The translations under genes and the position numbers were made by a program. The notes beneath the pieces were generated by a model. It was not told the origin of the DNA and made no database searches. It was given only the letters and a program-made list of their open reading frames with translations. Below are positions 1 to 10,099 of a stretch of 64,000 bases of DNA, piece after piece. Source of the stretch: Planctomycetota bacterium (GTDB lineage Bacteria; Planctomycetota; UBA8108; SXIK01); NCBI GenBank assembly GCA_965223265.1, contig OZ244999.1:4091822-4155821 (forward strand), given 5' to 3'. Within the stretch, counting starts at the first letter, position 1; each line of letters begins with the position of its first letter.

Positions 1-713
1 CCGCTAGAGACGAGTTCGACATCACCGACACGATCCTCGAGGCGCTGCGCGCCGAATTCGTTCTGCCGCAGGTCGATAACGATGAAGACGACGGCGACGG
101 TTGCGAGCTGATCATCGGCGTCCTGATCGATGCGGTGGCGCCGTTTGACGGTGCCACGATTCCACCGCTTGACTTCCCACAGCGCATGGGATGCGTCAGA
201 TTCACCGTCGACGACAACCCCGACCTTTGCGGCTGGTGCCTGCCCATCGAGTTCATTGACGGCCTCTCAGGAAGCGACATGGTACCAACGAAGAACCTCG
301 TCTCCGCCGAGAACGAAGCACGCTCACCGCTCCTCAATGGATGCGAGATTTGCGTTGGTGACGCGGCGCTCTTCTTCCGCGGCGATTGCAACTTCGACGG
401 TGGTGCAGAAGGGCTTGCCGTCGACATCGGAGACGCCGGCGCGCTGATCAGCCATCTCTTTTTTCCGGTGGGCTCTAGATTCGAGGTGCCTTGCCAAGAC
501 GCCTGCGACTGCAACGATGATGGCAGGCTCGACATAGCCGACGCCACCTGCATGCTCGCCTACCTGTTCCAGTCCGGCCCCATGCCGGATCTCCCAGGCC
601 CTGGTGCCGTGGGAGTGATTGGGGACGATCTGCCCCTCCGAGCCACGCCGCGCGGCGTGGATCCGACCGCCGACGACTTGGGCTGCACCGGCGGCACGGA
701 TTGCGGCAGTTGA
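1..713 (+). CDS. 3' end of a gene entering from upstream of the window. The C-terminal ~150 aa carry two dockerin-like Ca-binding modules with conserved Cys.
   Basis: Frame 3 is open from base 3 to the TGA at 711-713. Sequence RGDCNFDGGAEG...ISHLF and CDCNDDGRLDIADATCMLAYLF matches the DxNxDGxxD loop plus LLxxLF helix module seen in seven other proteins in this window. Confidence 0.6.
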   Translation, partial: ARDEFDITDTILEALRAEFVLPQVDNDEDDGDGCELIIGVLIDAVAPFDGATIPPLDFPQRMGCVRFTVDDNPDLCGWCLPIEFIDGLSGSDMVPTKNLVSAENEARSPLLNGCEICVGDAALFFRGDCNFDGGAEGLAVDIGDAGALISHLFFPVGSRFEVPCQDACDCNDDGRLDIADATCMLAYLFQSGPMPDLPGPGAVGVIGDDLPLRATPRGVDPTADDLGCTGGTDCGS

Positions 714-909
714 CCAGACTCTCCGGGCGCGATCATTCGGCCGCTCTACGGCCGGAAGCGACGTAAGGGAGTTCTTCACGCTCTGTTCGGTTAGACTGGG
801 CGCCAGAATGCGGCGGCCGGCACAGTGTGCCAGAGCAAACACCGGCGCCCGCGGCGACGGGGAATCGGTCCCCGCTGACACGTGTCTAACCTCGAGCTCG
901 GCCAACACT

Positions 910-2097
910 ATGCCATCCACACGCCTCATCGACGACGAGCGTGCCGTCTCGCACCTGATGAACTTTCTCGCCACCGAAGGACCGAGCCGCCAAGAACAGG
1001 GAGTCGCCCAGATCGTCCGAGAGAAACTCGTGGCCGCGGGGTGCAAGCCAGCCTGGATTCGGCATGATTCCGCCCATCGCCGTCTTGGCGATGGCCACCA
1101 GGTCGGAAACTTGATCGTGCACTGGCCGGCAAAGGGCGCGGGCCGCCGGTCGCAGCCGCGACGCCTCTTTTGCGGCCACATGGACACCGTCCCGCTTTGC
1201 CGTGGCGCCGTCCCCGTGCGCCGAGGGCGCCGCATCGTAGCGAAAGGTCAAACGGCTCTGGGGGGCGATAATCGAACCGCCGTGGCTGCGATCGTGACCG
1301 CTGCGGAAGCGATCCTCAAATCGGCGCGACCTCACCCACCGCTCACCCTCCTCTTCACAGTAGGCGAGGAAATCGGGCTTCGCGGTGCCCGGGAGGTGCG
1401 GTTAGCAGACCTACGGCGTCCGCAACTAGGCTTCAACGTCGACTCAGGCGATCCCGCGCGCGTGATCATCGGCGCGACCGCTGCTGAAAGGTGGGAGGTT
1501 GATGTCTTTGGCATTGCCGCCCACGCGGGGGTACATCCCGACAACGGCGTCTCCGCTGCGCTCATCGCTTCGCACGCCATCGCCGCCGTGGCCGAGGACG
1601 GATACTTCGGCAAGATCCAAAAAGGCCGCCAAACTGGGACCTCGAACGTGGGAATCGTCCGCGGTGGCGAAGCTACCAACCAGGTCACCGATCATGTCTA
1701 CATACTTGGAGAATCACGCAGCCACAACGCCAACTTCGTGAGGCGAATCACGCAGCGCTATGAGCGCGCGTTTCGCAGCGCTGCGACGCGGACGAAAAAC
1801 AGTGCGCGCCAGTCCGGGAAAGCGAGCTTTCGCTGGTGGCTGGATTATCCGTCGTTTCGTCTCCCGGCCTCGGAAGGGGTGATCCGCGTTGCGGAGGCGT
1901 CGGTGCGTCGGCTGGGATTGACGCCACAGCGCGTTATCGTCGACGGCGGCGTGGACGCCAACTACCTGAACTCCAAGGGCATCCCCACGGTCACGTTGGG
2001 CGCCGGCCAACACGGCGCCCACACCTTAGGAGAGTACGTCGACGTCAAAGAGTATCTCAGTGGCTGCAAGCTGTTGACGGACTTGATGAGCGGCTAG
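910..2097 (+). CDS. M20 family metallopeptidase (peptidase T / tripeptide aminopeptidase-like)
   Basis: HMDTV motif (CGHMDTVPL), metal-site region TVGEEIGLRGA, and GGEATNQVTDHV. ORF 619..2097; start placed at the Met at 910 to avoid overlapping the upstream gene. Starts at 619 or 808 are alternatives. Confidence 0.8.
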   Translation: MPSTRLIDDERAVSHLMNFLATEGPSRQEQGVAQIVREKLVAAGCKPAWIRHDSAHRRLGDGHQVGNLIVHWPAKGAGRRSQPRRLFCGHMDTVPLCRGAVPVRRGRRIVAKGQTALGGDNRTAVAAIVTAAEAILKSARPHPPLTLLFTVGEEIGLRGAREVRLADLRRPQLGFNVDSGDPARVIIGATAAERWEVDVFGIAAHAGVHPDNGVSAALIASHAIAAVAEDGYFGKIQKGRQTGTSNVGIVRGGEATNQVTDHVYILGESRSHNANFVRRITQRYERAFRSAATRTKNSARQSGKASFRWWLDYPSFRLPASEGVIRVAEASVRRLGLTPQRVIVDGGVDANYLNSKGIPTVTLGAGQHGAHTLGEYVDVKEYLSGCKLLTDLMSG

Positions 2098-2150
2098 CAG
2101 CCCGTGCGGCCAGAAGGCTGTTGAACGAGTGCGTGGCGCATCACGGCCGG

Positions 2151-2591
2151 CTAAAGATTCAGCTGCAAGCGGGCCGCGTCGGACATGCGATCCATCGTCC
2201 ATGGAGGATCCCACACGAGCTCTACTTTGCATTCGCGCACGCCCGGAGCGCCGCCGACTTTCTGTTCGACCTCCGGCGGCAAACTGCCGGCGACCGGACA
2301 TGCCGGCGACGTCAAAGTCATCCGCACGTGAGCCTTCGCATCCTGGTCGATCGCGACTTCGTAGATCAGCCCGATCTCGTAGATATTGACCGGAATTTCG
2401 GGGTCGAAAATCGTTCGTAGGACGCCGACAACGTTGTCCTTGATCACTTCCTCATCGGGATGTCGCTCGAAATCATAGGCGGAGGTCTCTGCAGCAGGCT
2501 TCTCTGCCGCCTGGCTTGCGTCTTTTGATGTCGATTCGCTGGACGACTTTTCGTCGTCACTCCTCGGCGCCTTCGGATGCTCTTCCACCAT
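2151..2591 (-). CDS. DUF59 (MIP18/SufT-like) Fe-S cluster assembly protein, last gene of the suf operon
   Basis: Conserved DUF59 core VIKDNVVGVLRTIFDPEIPVNIYEIGLIY...ACPVAG. Position directly downstream of sufU. Start at the internal Met (2591); 2618 or 2690 are possible alternatives. Confidence 0.7.
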   Translation of the reverse strand: MVEEHPKAPRSDDEKSSSESTSKDASQAAEKPAAETSAYDFERHPDEEVIKDNVVGVLRTIFDPEIPVNIYEIGLIYEVAIDQDAKAHVRMTLTSPACPVAGSLPPEVEQKVGGAPGVRECKVELVWDPPWTMDRMSDAARLQLNL

Positions 2592-2717
2592 ATGTTGCCT
2601 CCAGGTCACGCGCAGCATGCTATCCGCCGTGCTACGTCGCCGTTGATTCGTTTCGGTTTGCTGCGAGTCGACCGTTTGGACGTGAACCACATTGATCGAC
2701 TCGACGTGTGGCTGAAG

Positions 2718-3170
2718 CTATTCGGTCGTTATGGTGCCACTCTTCTCTTCGAGGGCGGCCTTCAGGGTGTGCCAGGACAAGCTGGCACATTTGACGCGAG
2801 CTGGAAACTCACACACACCAGCGAAAACGGCCAGCTTGCCGAGCTTCTCAGTGTCGACTACGTCACCGGGTCGACCCGTGAGCATCGCATGAAAGCCTTC
2901 GAACAGTTCCTCGACTTCGGCCTTCGACTTACCCACAAGCAACTCTGAAAGCAGTGACGCTGACGCCATCGAAATCGCACAGCCGGCACCGACAAAACTG
3001 ATGTCGGTGACGACATCGTCTTCGACCTTTACATACAAAGTGATGCGATCGCCGCAAATCGGATTGTATCCCTCAAGCTGCGTGGTGGCGTCGTCCATGG
3101 CATGAAAATTCCGCGGACTCTTGCCATGGTCCAGAACGACCTCTTGATAGAGTTCCCGCAAGTCCGACAT
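2718..3170 (-). CDS. sufU: SufU-like (NifU/IscU family) Fe-S scaffold / sulfur acceptor
   Basis: NifU-like core NPICGDRITLYVKV...AGCAISMASAS...CASLSWHT with conserved Cys. Stop/start overlap with sufS at 3170. Confidence 0.8.
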   Translation of the reverse strand: MSDLRELYQEVVLDHGKSPRNFHAMDDATTQLEGYNPICGDRITLYVKVEDDVVTDISFVGAGCAISMASASLLSELLVGKSKAEVEELFEGFHAMLTGRPGDVVDTEKLGKLAVFAGVCEFPARVKCASLSWHTLKAALEEKSGTITTE

Positions 3171-4444
3171 CAGCGAAACACCTCGTCAACCTTCCGCAGA
3201 GCCGACACCAGAGAATCCACTTCATCTCGAGTGTTGTAGAGAGCGAACGAAGCCCGTGCGGTGGCAGCAACGCCGTATCGCTCCATCACCGGCTGTGCAC
3301 AGTGGTGCCCGGCGCGAATCGCAACACCTTCCGTGTCGAGTATCGTACTAATGTCGTGCGGGTGAGCGGCGTCCATGAAAAAGGAGAGAATGCAGACCTT
3401 TTGCTCTGCCGTGCCAAGGAGCCGCACGCCCGGGAACTCTTGCAACTGCTCTGTGGCGTATTGCAGCAACTCCGCTTCGTGCTGCGCCGCCGCTTCGAGT
3501 CCGATCTCGGCGAGAAAATCGAGGGCTGCACCGAGCCCGATCACTCCAGCGATGTTCGGTGTACCAGCTTCAAACTTGTGAGGCGCCTTTTTGTAGGTCG
3601 AGCCTTCGAACGTCACCGTCGAAATCATCTCACCGCCGCCTTGATATGGAGACATCGCCTCGAGCAGCTCGGCCTTGCCGTAGAGCACCCCGACGCCCGT
3701 TGGACCATACAACTTATGCGACGAAAACGCGTAGAAGTCACAACCCAACTGCTGGACATCGACTGGCAGATGGGCCGCGGCCTGGGCACCGTCGATCATG
3801 ACCGTGGCACCCACCTCGTGTGCCCGAGCAACGATCTCGGCGACAGGGTTGACCGTTCCCAGTGCGTTCGAAGCGTGAACGACGGATACGAATCGTGTCG
3901 CCGGACCCAGGAGTTTCTCGAAATCTTCAAGCTCCGCCTCGCCTCGATCATTCAGTGGTACCACACGCAGGCGGGCGCCCGTCTCTTCGCAAACCATTTG
4001 CCAAGGCACGATGTTGGAGTGATGCTCCATCCCAGAGATCAAGATTTCGTCTCCAGGACTCAGGCGCCGCCGGCAAAATGCACTGGCGACGAGATTGATG
4101 CTCTCCGTTGTACCGCGCGTGAACACAACTTCGTCGGCCGATGCGGCCCCAATCCAGTCACGCACGCGTCCACGAACGCCTTCATAGTTTGCGGTGGCTT
4201 GCTCACTCAAATAGTGTAGACCGCGATGGATGTTGGCGTTTTCGTGTGAATAGTATTGCGACACACGCTCGATCACCCGGCGCGGTTTCTGTGTGGTCGC
4301 GGCGTTGTCCAAGTAGACGAGTTCTCGCCCACGAGGCCGAACGTCGAGCACGGGAAACTCAGCGCGAATCGCCTCGAGGTCGAGCTGCGGCCCTCGCCCC
4401 TGACGTCCTTGCTCTCCGCCGGCCCGATCTGTTAGCGCTCTCAT
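3170..4444 (-). CDS. sufS: Cysteine desulfurase SufS (class V aminotransferase)
   Basis: PLP-lysine region FSSHKLYGPTGVGVLYGK and active-site Cys loop RAGHHCAQP. 424 aa; stop overlaps the sufD start (ATGA-type overlap at 4441-4444). Confidence 0.9.
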   Translation of the reverse strand: MRALTDRAGGEQGRQGRGPQLDLEAIRAEFPVLDVRPRGRELVYLDNAATTQKPRRVIERVSQYYSHENANIHRGLHYLSEQATANYEGVRGRVRDWIGAASADEVVFTRGTTESINLVASAFCRRRLSPGDEILISGMEHHSNIVPWQMVCEETGARLRVVPLNDRGEAELEDFEKLLGPATRFVSVVHASNALGTVNPVAEIVARAHEVGATVMIDGAQAAAHLPVDVQQLGCDFYAFSSHKLYGPTGVGVLYGKAELLEAMSPYQGGGEMISTVTFEGSTYKKAPHKFEAGTPNIAGVIGLGAALDFLAEIGLEAAAQHEAELLQYATEQLQEFPGVRLLGTAEQKVCILSFFMDAAHPHDISTILDTEGVAIRAGHHCAQPVMERYGVAATARASFALYNTRDEVDSLVSALRKVDEVFR

Positions 4445-5877
4445 GCTCCGTCGTCCTGCTGATTCCGTGATCCGTTGAGGCTGTCCGTGGGGCTAAATCC
4501 CTGCGGCAATCGATCAAACAGACGCTTCTCCAGCGCCCCCCTGAGATCCTCCACCGTCACGGTCGAGAGCACGTCGGCGGCGAACGCATAGGTGAGAAGC
4601 GCTTCTGCGCTCGCACGACTCAGGCCGCGAGACCGGAGGTAGAAAACCGCTTCACGGTCAAGTTCGCCGACGGTCGCACCGTGAGTGCACTTGACATCAT
4701 CAGCGTAGATCTCGAGCTCGGGCTTACTGTTCATCACCGCACTGCGCGAGAGGAGCAGGCTCTGATTCGACTGTTTTGCGTCCGTCTTCTGGGCGTCCTG
4801 AGCGACGTAAATCTTACCGTTGAAAACCCCCGTTGCGCGGTCACACAAGATGTTCTTGTAGACCTCCCAGCTTCGACAATTCGGCTGCGCATGAACGATG
4901 CGAGTCTGGTTGTCCACATGCTCGTTCTCGCGCGCAACGACCAGGCCATTCAGGGTACATTCGGCCTCTTCCGCGCTCAGTACGACGTCGACATTGTTGC
5001 GAACCAACCCACCACCTAGGCAAACAGAGAGAGACGAGAACTTGCTTCCATGCGACTGCACCGCCGCGACACTGCCGAGATGGTACGAGCCTGCCGTCTC
5101 GCACACGATCCGATAGTGATCGACCGTGGCGCTTTCAGCGGCGAAGAATTCGGTTACGGGATTAGTCAGTGCGGAACCCGATTCCAATCCGACGTACTCT
5201 TCGACAAACGTCAAATGCGCGTCCGTCTCAGCGACGATCAAATTGCGCGGATACTGGGCCGTTGGAGACGAGCCGCCGGTCGCTACGAAAACAGTATGGA
5301 TCGGTTCCGGCACTTTTACCCCGCGCGGGACGTGGACGAACACGCCGTCCTGCATGTAGGCAGTATTGAGCGCGACGGTGCTGCGCTTCTCGACGCCCGC
5401 GCATGTTGACAGGCGTCTCTTCACCTCGGGGTCCGAGGCGAGAGAATCTCGTAGCGACACCACCTTGACGCCTGACGGCAGATCCCCGACGGAAGAATGC
5501 TCCGGGCAAAAACAGCCGTCGACGAAAAGCAAGCGAGTGCCCGCCAAACGAGATGTCAGCGCCTCCCAGTCGAGGTCGCCTCCTTCGGTGCGGGAGCGCG
5601 ACTCGGCCCGAGTCCAACTCACAGGCTGAAACTCGATGCGTCCGAGCGGCTGAAGGTTGGTGTACTTCCAGTCTTCGTCGCGAACGGTCGGCAGACCCGT
5701 GTTTTCGAATCGCGCAATGCCTTGCCGCCGCAATGCGCCGACCCATTCCGACTCCTGCGCCGACGCGAGTGAGGCAAACGCATCGAAATCCGCCACGAAG
5801 TTCCCCACAGCCTTCGCCCTCGCCGGACGGTTTGCGGTGCCGATTTTTGTTCCCACGTCGTCAGCTCTTGCAATCAT
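4441..5877 (-). CDS. sufD: Fe-S cluster assembly protein SufD
   Basis: 478 aa SufB/SufD family sequence between sufC and sufS. Overlaps sufC by 4 nt. Confidence 0.85.
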   Translation of the reverse strand: MIARADDVGTKIGTANRPARAKAVGNFVADFDAFASLASAQESEWVGALRRQGIARFENTGLPTVRDEDWKYTNLQPLGRIEFQPVSWTRAESRSRTEGGDLDWEALTSRLAGTRLLFVDGCFCPEHSSVGDLPSGVKVVSLRDSLASDPEVKRRLSTCAGVEKRSTVALNTAYMQDGVFVHVPRGVKVPEPIHTVFVATGGSSPTAQYPRNLIVAETDAHLTFVEEYVGLESGSALTNPVTEFFAAESATVDHYRIVCETAGSYHLGSVAAVQSHGSKFSSLSVCLGGGLVRNNVDVVLSAEEAECTLNGLVVARENEHVDNQTRIVHAQPNCRSWEVYKNILCDRATGVFNGKIYVAQDAQKTDAKQSNQSLLLSRSAVMNSKPELEIYADDVKCTHGATVGELDREAVFYLRSRGLSRASAEALLTYAFAADVLSTVTVEDLRGALEKRLFDRLPQGFSPTDSLNGSRNQQDDGA

Positions 5878-6632
5878 TTCGCGCCCGCAACCTCACTCTC
5901 GATCCAAGCGTAGCCCTTCTCTTCCAGCGTCAAGGCCAACTCCTTGGTTCCCGACTTGACGACTTGCCCTCGATAGAGAACATGGACAAAGTCTGGCACG
6001 ATGAAGTTCAGTAGCCGCTGATAGTGCGTGATGACGACGATCGCACGATCCGGGCCGCGTAGCGCGTTCACGCCGTCCGCGACGATCTTGAGCGCGTCGA
6101 TATCGAGCCCTGAATCCGTCTCGTCGAGGATCGCAAGCTTCGGTTCAAGAACGGCCATCTGAAAAATCTCGTTACGTTTCTTCTCGCCACCGGAGAAACC
6201 TTCGTTCACCGACCGATTCAAGAGTGCGTCATCAAGCTGCACGACCTGGCTCTTTTCTTTCATCAACGAAAGAAAATCCATGGCGTCGAGCTCAGGCTCA
6301 CCTCGGTGCTTTCGTATCGAGTTGAGCGCTGTCTTTAAGAAGTAGGTGTTGGTGACCCCCGGAACCTCGACGGGGTACTGAAAAGCGAGGAAGATGCCTT
6401 CACAGGCGCGCTCCTCAGGCTCCATGTCGAGGAGGTCTTTACCGTCATAGGTGACTTGGCCGCCTGTCACCTCATAGTCCTCGTGCCCCGCCAGGACTTT
6501 CCCCAACGTGCTCTTGCCGGAGCCGTTCGGCCCCATGATCGCGTGAACTTCACCGGCGTTCACCTGCAGATTAACGCCGTGCAGGATGGTCGCGCCTTCG
6601 GCGCTGGCAGTAAGATTCTTGATTTCTAACAT
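5874..6632 (-). CDS. sufC: Fe-S cluster assembly ATPase SufC
   Basis: Walker A GPNGSGKST, ABC signature LSGGEKKR, Walker B ILDETDSGLD. Start taken at MLEIKNL (6632) giving ~252 aa. Confidence 0.9.
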   Translation of the reverse strand: MLEIKNLTASAEGATILHGVNLQVNAGEVHAIMGPNGSGKSTLGKVLAGHEDYEVTGGQVTYDGKDLLDMEPEERACEGIFLAFQYPVEVPGVTNTYFLKTALNSIRKHRGEPELDAMDFLSLMKEKSQVVQLDDALLNRSVNEGFSGGEKKRNEIFQMAVLEPKLAILDETDSGLDIDALKIVADGVNALRGPDRAIVVITHYQRLLNFIVPDFVHVLYRGQVVKSGTKELALTLEEKGYAWIESEVAGAK

Positions 6633-6749
6633 AACTCTTTGTTCGTACGTCGTTGTCCACCTCGCCGTCGATAGCACACCTGACGATTTCAACCGAACAG
6701 GCGGATCTGTCGAGCGACGCGCTGACGTCAAAGTCAGTCGGCGTCTGAA

Positions 6750-8195
<1,446 letters not shown>

Positions 8196-8270
8196 TTGAT
8201 TCTTCGTCTCCTAACAGTCTGCTTGAAAAAAAGCCTCGCGCTCACCCCGACGTCGCCGCCGCAGGATCGG

Positions 8271-8831
8271 TCACTTGTCTCCGTTTCCGATACGTGAAAG
8301 CGACACCAGGGCGGTGTGCGATGAGGTGGTCTGCTCGGCGGGCTTGTCCAGATCGTCAACTAAACGAAGCAGCACTTCAACGTAGCCGCGCATCCAGTCT
8401 GCGACACTCTTCTCACTCGCGAGAAGGTCCGCTACGCTCGTGCGGTCGAGAATTGCGTCCAAGACGAGCTGCAGTCCCGACCAAAGCGAGCGCACCGAAC
8501 ACTCGCTCGAGTGCACGCAGAACTGGCGGTCGCCGCGGAAACGATCGCACAACTGTGGTTCGTACATCTTGCCGCCGAGTGCTGCGAGCACCGCGCCAAC
8601 CGAAATCTCCTCCGGCGGCAGCCTCAAGCGATAGCCGCCCTTGCAGCCACGGACACTCTCGACCAGATCGGCACGCGCGAGGATGCGAAAGAGCTTGCCC
8701 GCGTACTGCACAGACAGCCCTTCCGCGGCAGCGATCGAGCTCACCGTCTGAAAGTCCTGCTCGGCAGCAGTACTGCGCGCGAGGCCGATGAGGCATCGCA
8801 GCCCGTACTCTTCCTGTGCCGTAAACTTCAT
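8271..8831 (-). CDS. Rrf2 family transcriptional regulator (IscR/SufR-like), first gene of the suf cluster
   Basis: N-terminal wHTH typical of Rrf2 (MKFTAQEEYGLRCLIGLA...SVQYAGKLFRILARADLVESVRG). Sits directly upstream of sufB on the same strand. Confidence 0.8.
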   Translation of the reverse strand: MKFTAQEEYGLRCLIGLARSTAAEQDFQTVSSIAAAEGLSVQYAGKLFRILARADLVESVRGCKGGYRLRLPPEEISVGAVLAALGGKMYEPQLCDRFRGDRQFCVHSSECSVRSLWSGLQLVLDAILDRTSVADLLASEKSVADWMRGYVEVLLRLVDDLDKPAEQTTSSHTALVSLSRIGNGDK

Positions 8832-8996
8832 AAACTAAACAACTTGCAACACAGATCGAACTGAAAACAGAGTAAAAACCTACGGAATTGTATTCTTTCA
8901 GCAGCGAAATTCCACAGTTTTGTAGGTTTTTTACACTCTGGCCCCCCGGCGCGGCGCAAAAGGGGTGCGAATCCGCCCGTGCAGACGGCGTCGCGA
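8832..8996 (-). promoter_or_regulatory. Probable promoter/operator region of the Rrf2-suf operon (also downstream of prx)
   Basis: 165-bp AT-richer gap containing imperfect inverted repeats (aaaacctacggaatt ... aattcc..gtaggtttt). An Rrf2 autoregulatory site is expected here. No specific motif was verified. Confidence 0.3.
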
Positions 8997-9644
8997 TCAG
9001 AGATCCTTCTTGCAGAGGTAAAAGTCGAGCCGCTCGTAGTCAGCGCTCAGTCGGTCATTGACTTCGTCCTCGGTCTTCGGTGGCGGCACGATGACCTTGT
9101 CCCCCGGCCTCCAATTGACCGGACAAGCTACGGACTTTGTGTCCGCCGTCTGCAGTGCGTCGACGGTGCGCAGCACCTCGTCGACGTTGCGACCGACGTT
9201 CAAAGGATAGTAGATGATCGCACGAATTTTTCGACTCGGGTCGATGACAAAGAGCGCGCGCACGGTGACCGTGGCACTCTCCTCGGGGTGCACCATGCCG
9301 TAGAGTTCGGCGACGTTGCGGTTCGAATCTGCCACCAAGGGGTACGGTAGACGCACGCTAAGAATACTCTCGAGGTTCTGCACCCACGCCAGATGGGAGT
9401 GAATACTGTCGACGGAAATCCCCATGAGTTTGACGCCTCGCTGCGCGAACTCATCACTGCGGCGGCCAAATTCCGACAGCTCGGTCGAACAGACAGGCGT
9501 GAAATCAGCCGGATGCGAAAAGAGTACCACCCAGCTATCACCGGCCCAGGACGCGAAATCAAGCTCACCATGGGTGGTTTGGGCATGAAAATCCGGGGCA
9601 TCGTCACCTATGCGCGGAATCGGGCGAACGTTTCCATCGCTCAT
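8997..9644 (-). CDS. 1-Cys peroxiredoxin (Prx6-like, AhpC/TSA family)
   Basis: Peroxidatic Cys motif FTPVCSTE, thioredoxin-fold sequence. AGGAGA Shine-Dalgarno sequence upstream of the ATG. Confidence 0.85.
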   Translation of the reverse strand: MSDGNVRPIPRIGDDAPDFHAQTTHGELDFASWAGDSWVVLFSHPADFTPVCSTELSEFGRRSDEFAQRGVKLMGISVDSIHSHLAWVQNLESILSVRLPYPLVADSNRNVAELYGMVHPEESATVTVRALFVIDPSRKIRAIIYYPLNVGRNVDEVLRTVDALQTADTKSVACPVNWRPGDKVIVPPPKTEDEVNDRLSADYERLDFYLCKKDL

Positions 9645-10099
9645 CTTTCATCTCCTAAAATGTAGCGGCCCGCCTGAAGACAGCGACGCGATCGAGAAGC
9701 CGAGCCTGTCACGCCTTAGTGCCACACCGAGCCATTCGTGCGAGTCTTCGCGCGCCGAGATCGCTTCGTGCAGGCAAGGGACGCTCCGAAACCTGCGAAC
9801 ACGGAGAAGCCGAATCGGCGGGCAACGTGTCGACGACAACGACACGAAACCTCTGGGTGCGGGGCCATAGTCGACCGCGTCAATACTCAAAACCGCAGAG
9901 AAAACGTGCGCCTGTGCCCTCGCAGAGCGAGCGGCTGGCAGGCACCCGGGAGTCTCTGAGAATTGCTGAGGACAAGAATCGGTCAAATTATACCAAACCC
10001 CGAGGGAAGGAAAGAGACGTTCCCTTTGTTCTTGACGCGCCCTCAGAAGGACGAAAAAAATGGGGCCTCTCAGGGACAACCACCACGAGGTCCAGCTCC

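Noticed and set aside
619-909. Upstream extension of the M20 peptidase ORF
   Set aside because: Would overlap the preceding dockerin-bearing gene by ~95 nt and encodes a non-conserved Arg/Ala-rich leader. The conserved peptidase sequence starts near the Met at 910.
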